From an uncultured Polyangiales bacterium (GTDB taxonomy: Bacteria > Myxococcota_A > Polyangia > Polyangiales > GCA-016699535), in the NCBI GenBank assembly GCA_964640175.1, contig CAZXFW010000010.1:30638-94637 (forward strand): a stretch of 64,000 nucleotides of DNA. Reading direction: 5' to 3'. Position 1 is the first letter of the stretch; the number at the start of each line of letters is the position of its first letter. Under the pieces are notes generated by a model. The model ran no database searches. It was not told where the DNA came from and saw nothing but the letters and a program-made list of their open reading frames with translations. Shown here in pieces: positions 18,047-27,715 of this stretch. The position numbers were made by a program, and so were the translations under genes.

Positions 18047-20632
18047 TTATGGCGAATCCGCACGAGGTGAGACAATTCCAGGGATGGTCAGATCGGGCTC
18101 AATATCCTTGGCAGAGATGGCGGAAGAAGGGGCAGGCGGGTGCGCTTGATGCCGTTTCCAGAGCATAATAATGGCAGGCATCGTAAGTACGGCTGCTGCC
18201 AAGCAGGCGATTTCGCTAATGCCCATAGCAGCACCAAATGAGTTGATGGCCATGTTTGAGCTGGCATGGAGTGAGAGATAGCCAATGACGGTGGTGAGTG
18301 AGCACAAGATGACAGCGCCGCCTGTTTCTTCGATAGCATAGCGGATAGCCGTTTTGCGTTCTGCCCCACGGTGGGTTTCCGCCGCATAGCGGCGCATGAC
18401 GTTAACGCCATAATCCACACCGTTGCCAAAGGTGATCGGAAACGCGATGAAGTTAAGAAAATTTAATTTAATTCCCATGAGCGCCATGGTTGCTCCCATC
18501 CAAAGCACGCCTAAAAACAATGTTGCGAGTGTTAACAATCGGCGGCGCCAACGGTTAAAAGCAAGACATACCAGTATGAGTGTTGCAATAAGTGAGGCTG
18601 CAATCGCAAGCGGGCCATCATGCCAAATTGCCTCTAACATGTCGGCAAAAATGGGAGGGCGTCCTGCCAGTGGAGGGTGTTTTCCCGTAGAAGTTTTAAC
18701 AGCACGCGCATCGTGGGCCCACGCGACCAAATAACGCCCGTCCCAATTGGATCCTTTATCGGATTGCTCGATAAAAACTAGACGTCCCACGGTGCCGTCT
18801 CGCTCGGTAAAAGGAGCAAGAATTGCTTTAGGCAAATCGCGGTCATAGACTTGTGTGATAGTTTCAGGTGGAGCAAACTCGTCCACCGTGATTTGTTGGG
18901 TTGAATCGAGATACGGGCGAATCTTTTCGAGTAAGGTGTGTATCTCTTTTAAGATAACAATTTTTTTCGCCTGATCAGAGGGCAGCAGATCGTTGATGCT
19001 TCGGACTTCTCCGTACACTGCTTTTCCTGTATCACGTCGGGTTTCGAGTTGTTTCTGAAGATAACCAACGTCTTGGCGGGAAGGTGCCATCAGAATGATG
19101 ACGGTGCCTGAGGCGGTACGTGTCATGAATTCATTAACGCGATCATTGAGAACTTGGGTGCGCGTACTTTCCTTATGGACAGACCGAAGTTTGTTGATGT
19201 CGTATTCAAGAGGATCTTTAGAAATGGCAATTCCGACAATGACAGCACTCACTATTCCGAGGACAGTGGAGATGGTGACGATTCCTTTGGGATATCGGTA
19301 GATGAGAGCAGCAAAGAGCTGTCCGTAAGGCGCCTGTCGGCTAACACGATGAGGGGCGACAATCGGCCTGATTTTGTCGGTAAGCCCTATAAGGGCTGGA
19401 AGAATGATCACGGAGCCGAGCCAGCACACAATCATTCCTGTGGCACCAATGATGCCGGAGTCATGAAAACCTCGAAATCCGGTAATTATCAATGAACCAT
19501 ACGAAGTAGCAGATGCCAGTGAGGCTGTGAGTGTAGCCGCCCATACTCCGCGATGAGTTGCAGCAAGAGCTGTGACCCAGTTTCGACCATTTCGGCGTTC
19601 TTCAAAGTAACGGGCTAACCAGATGATGTAGGGGTTTATGCCGTTGCCAATTACAATGCTGACGAGGAACGCAGAAGATGTATTAAGCTGGCCGACTAAC
19701 CCTTCAGCCAACGCGTAGGTAAGGGTGACACACGGAATCAGTCCAAGCGCCAATAAGGGAACGGCTCGCCACCTTAGAAAGAAAATATAAATGGCTAACA
19801 GCACCAATACCGTAGTTACCGATATGGCAATGGTAAGCTCTTCAGCGATGGCGCGGTGTTCTTCGAGGGCCTCTGGAATGTCGCCAGCAAGCTCGACACG
19901 CATATCCGGGGCATAGCGAGCAGGGTTGAGTTCCTTGATCACCTGTTGGATGTTTTCGATTAATTGTTCGGAGCGTGTTGCATCGCCACCCTCGAAATCA
20001 GCCCGAACAAAGAACACCAGGAGATCTTTTTTCGGGTGGACATAAAACCCGTTGGGAAATTGATCCAATGTGGCCGCACGCTCTCCAACTGACGCTTTGA
20101 CGTTCTCGATCAACGTGGAGATATTTTCAGGCTCTTCTCCGCTTAGATCGATATACAATGGATTGGCACGGAGCGTTTCGTATTCGATCCGGCTTTCAAG
20201 TCCATCACGGACGCGCTCGAGATCTTGCAACGGAACAAAAAGGTGGCGATGTTGCGTGACAAAGTCTTTGTACGAACCTAAGTTCCAATCAATGCGTGTG
20301 ATTTGTCCATGGAGCTCTTGGTTTAAACGCGACACAGCGTCGCGGGCAAACTGCTGCATGGCATGGAGATCATGCGATTGAACCACGACACTCAGGGATG
20401 ATAAGCCGCCAATCTTGTCTCCGATGCGGTCGAGGTCGCGTACACTAATTTTGTTATCGGGCAAAAGAGCACGCCAATGGCTATTAAGCTCGAGCTTCAT
20501 GGCGATTGGGATCGAGCCTAAAGTGACAAGCGTCGCAACGATCAAAATCCGAAGTGGATGTTTGACTTGTTGTCGTAGCAGCCAAAGATACAGTGCTTTA
20601 AACGCGTCTTTCACAGCTCGGGAACCTAGCAT
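18047..20632 (-). CDS. MMPL/RND family transporter
   Basis: Two repeats of TM + periplasmic loop + 5 TM; GNGINPYI and GNGVDYGV motifs. Confidence 0.9.
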   Translation of the reverse strand: MLGSRAVKDAFKALYLWLLRQQVKHPLRILIVATLVTLGSIPIAMKLELNSHWRALLPDNKISVRDLDRIGDKIGGLSSLSVVVQSHDLHAMQQFARDAVSRLNQELHGQITRIDWNLGSYKDFVTQHRHLFVPLQDLERVRDGLESRIEYETLRANPLYIDLSGEEPENISTLIENVKASVGERAATLDQFPNGFYVHPKKDLLVFFVRADFEGGDATRSEQLIENIQQVIKELNPARYAPDMRVELAGDIPEALEEHRAIAEELTIAISVTTVLVLLAIYIFFLRWRAVPLLALGLIPCVTLTYALAEGLVGQLNTSSAFLVSIVIGNGINPYIIWLARYFEERRNGRNWVTALAATHRGVWAATLTASLASATSYGSLIITGFRGFHDSGIIGATGMIVCWLGSVIILPALIGLTDKIRPIVAPHRVSRQAPYGQLFAALIYRYPKGIVTISTVLGIVSAVIVGIAISKDPLEYDINKLRSVHKESTRTQVLNDRVNEFMTRTASGTVIILMAPSRQDVGYLQKQLETRRDTGKAVYGEVRSINDLLPSDQAKKIVILKEIHTLLEKIRPYLDSTQQITVDEFAPPETITQVYDRDLPKAILAPFTERDGTVGRLVFIEQSDKGSNWDGRYLVAWAHDARAVKTSTGKHPPLAGRPPIFADMLEAIWHDGPLAIAASLIATLILVCLAFNRWRRRLLTLATLFLGVLWMGATMALMGIKLNFLNFIAFPITFGNGVDYGVNVMRRYAAETHRGAERKTAIRYAIEETGGAVILCSLTTVIGYLSLHASSNMAINSFGAAMGISEIACLAAAVLTMPAIIMLWKRHQAHPPAPSSAISAKDIEPDLTIPGIVSPRADSP

Positions 20633-20634
20633 GC

Positions 20635-21162
20635 TTAGGATGCAAGGGACGAGATGTTTTGCGCCAGATTTTTAAGCACGGCAGGCCTGGGCTCGGACAG
20701 CCATGCATCGATATGCCCAATCTGTGATAGGGCATGGGTAGCCGTTCCAGATAAAGGGCGGCCGATCAGGATGCTAAGCGTGGTTTGGTAGATAAAATGC
20801 CATGCAAATATGTCCACGACGATGACTTTGCAGGCAGAATGCCTCGTATGTGCTAAGGAAAGGCCTTCGCGCAGCTGGCTAGGATGAACGCTTAGCGTGC
20901 ATGCATGGATAGGGCCGTGCACAAAGGGCGATGCTGAGGCATCTGTCTGCCAAGCGACTTGCACGAAAAGAGCGGTGTCACGCGAGGGCAAGGCCTCATA
21001 AAAAAAGTGAGCTCCATCTTCTACGACGCTACTACCGCGTATGCTGCCGAGGCAGATTAATGGGCACGGGGGACAATGGCGTTGTTTGGCGTATGTATGG
21101 AGACTCTCCTCATCCCAAGCCACGTTAGGTGGGCTTTCCCAGAGAGGGAGGTGGGCTTTCAT
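20635..21162 (-). CDS. Hypothetical protein
   Basis: Fits exactly between thioredoxin and MMPL genes on the same strand; no recognised motif. Confidence 0.45.
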   Translation of the reverse strand: MKAHLPLWESPPNVAWDEESLHTYAKQRHCPPCPLICLGSIRGSSVVEDGAHFFYEALPSRDTALFVQVAWQTDASASPFVHGPIHACTLSVHPSQLREGLSLAHTRHSACKVIVVDIFAWHFIYQTTLSILIGRPLSGTATHALSQIGHIDAWLSEPRPAVLKNLAQNISSLAS

Positions 21163-21803
21163 GATCCCCGTTCAACCTCAAGCCCTTCAGATTCCCAATG
21201 GAGGAATCCCCCCGCCAAGTATGCGACAGGGATGCCTTGGGCAAGTAAGCGTTCTGCAAGTTCTTTTGCTTGGTCCGTGCTACGACTATACAGCACGCGA
21301 GTACGGCCGTCAGTGGTCTGGAGCTCTTGGGTGTGTTGGTCGATTGTTTCCGCTTGAGCATGAATCGCGGAAGGTATGCGGTAACGCTGATAGGAACCTG
21401 AGTCCCGAATGTCGACTGGTACGGCGCGGCCTTGGGCAATGAGTGAAGCAAGCTCCTTGGGCGATAGCTCGGAAGCATCGGTGGGCAATACAGGCTTGAT
21501 CCACTCAAGTAATGCCTGTTTATCAGCGAGGCCCACTAGTTGATCGACGGGGCGTCCTTTATGAAAGAGCAGTAAGGTAGGGATGGATTGTACTTGGAAT
21601 GACTGTGCAATCACGGGGCTTCGCTCGATATCCACGCGTACCACTTTGAGTTTTCCGGCCAATTCGTGAGCAATTTCTGCAAGGATCGGCTCCAAAACCT
21701 TGCATGGCTGGCACCAGTCAGCGTACAGATCAACCAGAGTTGGCAACTCAGCTTGTAACACTTCTTGCTGAAACGTTTGTTCGGTGATCTGCTGGATAGC
21801 CAT
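21159..21803 (-). CDS. Thioredoxin fused to rhodanese-like domain
   Basis: DLYADWCQPC and QSIPTL; C-terminal VDIRD...RIPSA...YLAGGFLHW rhodanese fold. Confidence 0.88.
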   Translation of the reverse strand: MAIQQITEQTFQQEVLQAELPTLVDLYADWCQPCKVLEPILAEIAHELAGKLKVVRVDIERSPVIAQSFQVQSIPTLLLFHKGRPVDQLVGLADKQALLEWIKPVLPTDASELSPKELASLIAQGRAVPVDIRDSGSYQRYRIPSAIHAQAETIDQHTQELQTTDGRTRVLYSRSTDQAKELAERLLAQGIPVAYLAGGFLHWESEGLEVERGS

Positions 21804-21912
21804 AACAGTGGGAGCGTGTTACGGGCTTATTTAGGCGAGGTTTGAGAATTTTTCAAGGCATGCGGTTGCTGTTCGTCTACGATCGATTTATTAGGGTTAG
21901 CGGAGGGGAAAG

Positions 21913-22704
21913 ATGGTTTTAAACTGGTTAAAAGCCATAATGATAGCCGTAGCTGTGCTGGTTGGTTTTACGCCAGATGCGCACGCTCAACAGACCTATC
22001 CACGTCGCTATGTCAATCGTCCCTTATGGTTGCCACATGGTGGCGTTCGGGTGGACGGGGCATTCCCCCTTCACTCCGTGGACGCTCCAGGCCAGGATCG
22101 GCTCAATACATTTTCTGCGCTTATAGGCATAGGAGTTGGGATAATCCCGAACTTGGAGATAGGGGCTGTCGCGCTTCCACTTCAGCTTGCAGAAGAATTC
22201 GATTACCGTAATCCCAGTTTCTATGCCTCTTACCGTTGGGTGAGCACCAAACTGCTTGATCTTGGATTAAGGGCGGATGTTTCCATACCGTTCCAAGATG
22301 CCCGAGAGTCGTTTGACGGTGCAGTGATACCGTTTTCTCCGTGGTTTGGAGATGTGGCTGTAGGCATTCCTCTGCGATTACGCTTTGTCGATGCAGTTCG
22401 CCTTGATATAGGCGCACATCTAGGTTTTGTATTTACGGATCCGTTGGGGACTCGGATCACTTTACCGGTGAAACTGGCATTTCAGTTAACAGACACGGTG
22501 TTTATGGGGCCACAGTCTGGGGTGCAGATTATCAACGGCGATGAGGCCACTGTTCCGGCAGGGCTGTTTGTGGGAACAAACCTGGGCGCGTTCTCGGAAC
22601 GGCCCACATGTGATTTGGTAGGGACGTTTCTTCTGCCTGATACCAACAAAGGGTTTGACGAATTTGTGGTAGGAGTGGCCCTTAACGTGTATCTGTTTTT
22701 GTAA
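21913..22704 (+). CDS. Exported, probable outer-membrane beta-barrel-like protein
   Basis: Signal peptide (AHA), alternating amphipathic strands, aromatic C-terminus NVYLFL. Confidence 0.65.
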   Translation: MVLNWLKAIMIAVAVLVGFTPDAHAQQTYPRRYVNRPLWLPHGGVRVDGAFPLHSVDAPGQDRLNTFSALIGIGVGIIPNLEIGAVALPLQLAEEFDYRNPSFYASYRWVSTKLLDLGLRADVSIPFQDARESFDGAVIPFSPWFGDVAVGIPLRLRFVDAVRLDIGAHLGFVFTDPLGTRITLPVKLAFQLTDTVFMGPQSGVQIINGDEATVPAGLFVGTNLGAFSERPTCDLVGTFLLPDTNKGFDEFVVGVALNVYLFL

Positions 22705-22707
22705 TCT

Positions 22708-24978
22708 ATGGCGCTCGCGCATCCATCCTACGGCAAAACACGCATGATGTGGGCTCGGGCAGCCGAGTCCATGGTTGCTGGCGAGGGTTTGGCACTCAAT
22801 GCCATGGGTGTGCTTCATGAACGAGCCATGCGTCATTTTGGGGAAGGAATTCGTCAATATCTCGTGGTGCGCCTTTCCCAGCTCGACTTAGTCGATCAAG
22901 TGTACAATCAGATGCATCAATACAGCTCAGCCTGGCCAGCCGAGCGTTTTTTGAAACCACCGGGCGCGAAGGCACAGCTTTATGCATTGGCTCGTCAGAT
23001 GGCAGATCGTGCCCTTGCGCACTCGGGTTCTGCTACACGTAACCGCCACAGCTTGCCATGGAAAGCTCCGCGGACAGATCTTCCTACAAGTTACATCAAG
23101 GCGCTTGATTACTTTCGCACAGGCTTGAGTGTTTCAGATGCGGAACTTCTAGAGCTCTACTTTGTGCGAGAGCTTGCGTTTGATGAAATCGCATTCGTTG
23201 TGGGACGTCCTTTGCGTGAGATCGAAAGCGAGATGGCGCGCTTGATCCCCCATGCACAACAGATTGCAGGCGAGTCCCCACCTAGCAAGATTCCGGGGTT
23301 AGCAGGCGCGCTAATTGAAGCCTATGCGCTTGGTCCCACCGATTCACTGACATTCAATGCATCCGTAGAGGAGGAAGAGCGCCCCGCGTTACCACGAGGG
23401 ACGTTAATCGGCGGGCGCTATGCCCTTGAAACCCGAGCGGGAACAGGATCTTTTGGAGACGTCTATCGCGCCAGTGACACCGAAGTGGACGGCCACACTG
23501 TAGCGCTCAAAATACTTCATCATGCTGCAATTTCTGAAAAAGCCAGAGCAACGGCCTTGCGTGAGTTGCGCTTGATTGCTTCGGTGTTTCATCCCTCCAT
23601 CGTGCTGTTTAAAGATCACGGTTGGTTTGAAGACCGTTTGTGGTTCGTCATGCCGTGGTACCATGGAGAAACGCTGGAAGAGCGTATTAAGCGGCAACCT
23701 TTGAGCCGCGCTGAAGCGCGCCAGATATTTGAGCCTTTGGCACGCGCGCTTGCGGCGATGCATGCGGTAGGCGTACGGCACCAGGACATCAAACCGGACA
23801 ACATTTTTTTGGCACAGACCTCTGGTTTTGGATTGGGCATGTCCAAAGACAGCGTGTTGCCTGTCCTTTTGGATTTAGGTGTGGCGGCCACTGAGGCAGA
23901 GGTGTTTCTTGCAGGCACGCCGATGTATTTTGCTCCTGAAGTTGCAGCACCGTTTGCTTCTGTGCCTAACCGTGTTGAGATCACTGGTCAAGCGGATGTG
24001 TTTTCGCTCGCATTAGCGCTTCGCAATGCGCTCGAGCCTGAAACGCAAGAAGAAGTGGAGGGTGGGGCAGTTGAGGCCTTTGTTCAGCACCGTGTGGCCA
24101 ACGTGCCAGCTCTTCCTAAAGCCAAAAAATTACAATTTCTAGAATCGCATTTCAAACGTTGGCTTGCGGTGGATCCGCATGATCGCCCAACTGCGGAGGA
24201 ATTTGCAGATGAATTAGCAGTACTGACGCGTCCTGAAGAGCGGCGTGCTCGCGTGATGCGAACACTCAGGTGGCTTGGGCCAGCATCTGCTGCTATCTTA
24301 ATTACGTTCGGTGCGGTTGTGTTATTACTTGCCAATCAAGCAGAGATTCAGAAATACCGTGCACAGCGAGCTCGTACCGAAGCTGCTCAAGCCAAGGCAG
24401 GACTTTCCGAGCTTGCAGCGGACATTTCGGTGCTGCAGGAGCAATATCAAAACAGCCGCTGGACGCGTCAGCAATTGGCATCAAAACTTGCAGAAACAGA
24501 AAGCGAAGTCAAAGTCATTTCGGAGCGGCTAGATCGTGCTCAGCGTCACCGCAAAACATTGCAAACGAATCTGGATGAAGAGATTAGAAAAGGCGCAGAA
24601 CTCAGCCAGCAACTTTACAATACACGAACAGCGCTTGAGCAAGAGACGGCTCGGTCAACTCGATTGCGAGCAGATTTGACCACGGCACAGACAGAAGTTG
24701 CGCAGTTGACGGGTGACCTGCAGCGGGAGCGTCAGCGAGTTAATGAAATTAAAGACGAGCTCAGTCAAAGCCGGAAATCCCAAGAATCCATGCGTTCTGA
24801 GCTGAGTCAACTACGCCGTGATCTTGGTGATGAACGCAGTAAAGTGCGAGAGTTGGAAGGTCAACTTCGTATGGCTCAAGGTGCACAGCGCAATGCCGAG
24901 CGTGAAGCAGCCGACGTTCGTCGAAGACTTGATCGCCAAGGTGGGCGTGGCACTTTTTCGCCGGAGCCTAGCAGGTAA
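22708..24978 (+). CDS. Hanks-type Ser/Thr kinase with N-terminal ECF-sigma-like region, TM helix and long coiled coil
   Basis: GTGSFGDVY, VALK, HQDIKPDN, DLG, GTPMYFAPE, DVFSL; N-terminal LELYFVRELAFDEIAFVVGRP (sigma4-like); TM WLGPASAAILITFGAVVLLLA. Confidence 0.85.
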   Translation: MALAHPSYGKTRMMWARAAESMVAGEGLALNAMGVLHERAMRHFGEGIRQYLVVRLSQLDLVDQVYNQMHQYSSAWPAERFLKPPGAKAQLYALARQMADRALAHSGSATRNRHSLPWKAPRTDLPTSYIKALDYFRTGLSVSDAELLELYFVRELAFDEIAFVVGRPLREIESEMARLIPHAQQIAGESPPSKIPGLAGALIEAYALGPTDSLTFNASVEEEERPALPRGTLIGGRYALETRAGTGSFGDVYRASDTEVDGHTVALKILHHAAISEKARATALRELRLIASVFHPSIVLFKDHGWFEDRLWFVMPWYHGETLEERIKRQPLSRAEARQIFEPLARALAAMHAVGVRHQDIKPDNIFLAQTSGFGLGMSKDSVLPVLLDLGVAATEAEVFLAGTPMYFAPEVAAPFASVPNRVEITGQADVFSLALALRNALEPETQEEVEGGAVEAFVQHRVANVPALPKAKKLQFLESHFKRWLAVDPHDRPTAEEFADELAVLTRPEERRARVMRTLRWLGPASAAILITFGAVVLLLANQAEIQKYRAQRARTEAAQAKAGLSELAADISVLQEQYQNSRWTRQQLASKLAETESEVKVISERLDRAQRHRKTLQTNLDEEIRKGAELSQQLYNTRTALEQETARSTRLRADLTTAQTEVAQLTGDLQRERQRVNEIKDELSQSRKSQESMRSELSQLRRDLGDERSKVRELEGQLRMAQGAQRNAEREAADVRRRLDRQGGRGTFSPEPSR

Positions 24979-24983
24979 GGGTC

Positions 24984-25457
24984 GTGAGGTTGTTTCGAAG
25001 CACATGGTGGATGGCTATTGCTGGGTTGAGCGTACTAAGTTGTGCTCAAGGTGGATCCCCCAACCCTTCTGACGCAAGTGTTTCTAAAGACGTTATCCAT
25101 GACAGTTCTGGCTTGGATTCAGATGTTCTAGATCATGATCAAGTCGATCCCGATCCGCTCTGTGCACAAGCATGTCACGTGGTAGGCACATGTTTGACGG
25201 GTCCCACAGCATATCCTCCTCCAGGGCACAGCTCATGGGAATGTCTCGATCGTGCAGGGGGTTGTAAAGATGGCCAGTGCAAGATCTGGTGTCCCCACGA
25301 CAATACGATTGACGGTCCACAGTATACGGAGGCGTGCTATCTGGATGATGCGGAACGCAACATGAATTACGAAGATGCGTGTCGGTCGTGCTGTGAGCGC
25401 TTCGGAGCTGTGTGGAACAGCGACGGACATTACTGTGCGCCGCCACCATCTCCTTAG
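24984..25457 (+). CDS. Cys-rich lipoprotein
   Basis: Lipobox VLSC, acidic linker, many Cys. Confidence 0.65.
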   Translation: MRLFRSTWWMAIAGLSVLSCAQGGSPNPSDASVSKDVIHDSSGLDSDVLDHDQVDPDPLCAQACHVVGTCLTGPTAYPPPGHSSWECLDRAGGCKDGQCKIWCPHDNTIDGPQYTEACYLDDAERNMNYEDACRSCCERFGAVWNSDGHYCAPPPSP

Positions 25458-27520
25458 CCATTCACAACACGTTGACGCGGCGCAATCACTGGAGCCGCGC
25501 TTGGGTAGCCCAGGAAATATCCTTGGGCTTCGTCACATCCCGCATCTTTTAGGAAATCGAGTTGTTCTTGGGTTTCAACGCCTTCTCCAATGACTTCAAG
25601 TCCTAGCGCATGAGCAAGCCCAATCACGCCCTTGCATATGGCTTCTGCTTCGGCGCTTCGACCAATATCCGCTACAAACGATCGGTCAATTTTAAGTGCA
25701 TGAATAGGCAGCCGTTTAAGATACACCAATGAAGAGTAGCCGGTTCCAAAATCGTCCACTGCAATGCGTACGCCGAACTCCCCAAGCTGTTCTAAAATGC
25801 GCACGGTGGCGTCCAGGTTCGCAATCAACACGCCTTCGGTAAGCTCAAGCTCGAGTAAACAAGGATCAATGCCAGTGCGTGTAACCGCATGAATTACATG
25901 AGCTGCGAAATTAGGAGAGTCAAGTTCATGCGCTGACACATTAACTGCAATCCGTGCGCCTGCGAGTTCAGGAGTATTCCATTGGGCTTTTTGTTCGCAC
26001 GCCTCCGTGAGCACCCACTGCCCTACGCGGTGAATCATGCCTCCGCGTTCTAACAAAGGAACGAATTCATTGGGTGAGATTGAGACATCGCGGTGGTGCC
26101 ACCTTAACAACGCTTCGAAACCCACCAGCCGTTGATCTGCCAATGCATACTGCACTTGATAATCCAAGTGCAGTTCATTGCGGTCCACGGCATCTCGTAG
26201 ATTGCGTTCCATTTGTTGGCCATGCAATTCGCGTGCGTGATCTTCTGCGCTATAAAAATGGGCCGCCATGCCTCGAGTCATTTTGGCCACATGCATGGCT
26301 TGTTCTGCGCATTGAATGATATCGTCGGTGGTGTGGCCGTTGTCGGGATAAAGCGCAATGCCAATGCTCAAGGTGACGGTGTGCGCTTGAGGTCCTACCC
26401 ATACAGGTTGGGCTAGGGCAGTGCTAATCTGTTGAGTGATTTCACGTGCTTTTCGTTCGAGATTGCGTCCTTCGATGACAATGCCAAATTCGTCCGCTCC
26501 AATACGTGCAAGGCATTCGGTTTGGGAAATTGCATGTTGCATGCGGGAAGCAATGTCGCGCAGCATGCCATCGGCAACAGTATGCCCACGCTCTTCATTG
26601 ATAAGATGAAAATGATCGATGTCTATGACAAGCAATGCTGCTCCGCTTCGAGAGGTGCGCGCACGTGAAATGGCTCGATGTAGGTGATCATGGCATAGCC
26701 GACGGTTTGGGAGATTGGTCAGTTGGTCAAAGTGCACCAAACGTGCAATCCGTTGCATCATTTCCCGGCGCTCGATGGCAAATCCAATCGCTCGCCGGAG
26801 CTCGTCGCCGCTCGCGAGACTCTTAAAAAGATAATCCTGAGCGCCATTTTGCACAGCCCTTAACGCAAGCGCTTCGTCTTGAGAGCCACTGAGCACCACA
26901 ATAGGCACACCAGGGACACGTTGTTGAATAGCCATAAGCCCTGAGAGTTCATTCGCATCGGGTAATGTTAGATCCAGCAAAATGGCGGAGTACGTGTCTT
27001 GGGACAATGCAGAAAATGCATCTTGAAGGGTGTGCACGGGTACTAAACTGCCAGGCCAGCCAGAGCGCTCAAGAAGATCCGAAACAAGCTCTGCATACTC
27101 GGTATCGTCTTCTATAAAAAGCACTTTAGGTTTTTCGAGGCGAGTACGGCGGACCAAGCTCATCTCAATGCCACGATGAAGCGCTCTAGCAAGTTCTTTC
27201 GGATCCCAAGGTTTGTAGATTAGCGAGGCAATCGCTTCAGACACCAATAAGGTTGCAGGATCTTCCTCAAGTTGGTCGCTTAAAATGACAAACGTCGTGT
27301 AAGGCTGTTTTTGTTGAATGCGATGGATGAGTTCCAGTCCATGCATTTCCCGCATTCCAAAATCAACCGCCACCACCGCATAATTTTTCCTGCCGATGCA
27401 TTCAAGTGCTTCCCGAGGGCTAGATGCTGTATCAACCTCCAGTCCAAAGGAGCCTAACGCCCGAACCGCTGCGCGTAATACAAGCGGCTCGTCGTCCACG
27501 ATGAGGATGCGGGCGAGCAC
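25454..27520 (-). CDS. REC-REC-GGDEF-EAL c-di-GMP signalling protein
   Basis: ILIVDDE and VLFIEDD receivers, LLDLTLPD; RIGADEF (GGDEF variant); EALLRW, LELTE, DDFGTGYSSL, LKIDRSF. Confidence 0.93.
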   Translation of the reverse strand: MLARILIVDDEPLVLRAAVRALGSFGLEVDTASSPREALECIGRKNYAVVAVDFGMREMHGLELIHRIQQKQPYTTFVILSDQLEEDPATLLVSEAIASLIYKPWDPKELARALHRGIEMSLVRRTRLEKPKVLFIEDDTEYAELVSDLLERSGWPGSLVPVHTLQDAFSALSQDTYSAILLDLTLPDANELSGLMAIQQRVPGVPIVVLSGSQDEALALRAVQNGAQDYLFKSLASGDELRRAIGFAIERREMMQRIARLVHFDQLTNLPNRRLCHDHLHRAISRARTSRSGAALLVIDIDHFHLINEERGHTVADGMLRDIASRMQHAISQTECLARIGADEFGIVIEGRNLERKAREITQQISTALAQPVWVGPQAHTVTLSIGIALYPDNGHTTDDIIQCAEQAMHVAKMTRGMAAHFYSAEDHARELHGQQMERNLRDAVDRNELHLDYQVQYALADQRLVGFEALLRWHHRDVSISPNEFVPLLERGGMIHRVGQWVLTEACEQKAQWNTPELAGARIAVNVSAHELDSPNFAAHVIHAVTRTGIDPCLLELELTEGVLIANLDATVRILEQLGEFGVRIAVDDFGTGYSSLVYLKRLPIHALKIDRSFVADIGRSAEAEAICKGVIGLAHALGLEVIGEGVETQEQLDFLKDAGCDEAQGYFLGYPSAAPVIAPRQRVVNG

Positions 27521-27668
27521 TGAGGAAGTCTAGGCTGATCTGACGATAAGGCCAACGAGGGGTGGGTGTTTCCCCGCGGATTTGGGGGATGGAGCACGAC
27601 ATGGATGTCAGTGTGATCCTTCAACGTAGAGTGTGGGGAATTTTCGATGTCAATGAAAAGGTACACTT

Positions 27669-27687
27669 GAAAATGATTGTCAGAAAC
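27669..27687 (+). promoter_or_regulatory. Putative Fur box upstream of tonB
   Basis: GAAAATGATTGTCAGAAAC, 13/19 to consensus GATAATGATAATCATTATC. Confidence 0.55.
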
Positions 27688-27715
27688 AGTAAATTGCCAA
27701 TCGCAGCAACGTGGT

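Noticed and set aside
25454-27520. GADEF variant of the GGDEF motif
   Set aside because: A common variant in hybrid GGDEF-EAL proteins; activity cannot be inferred and it is not novel.
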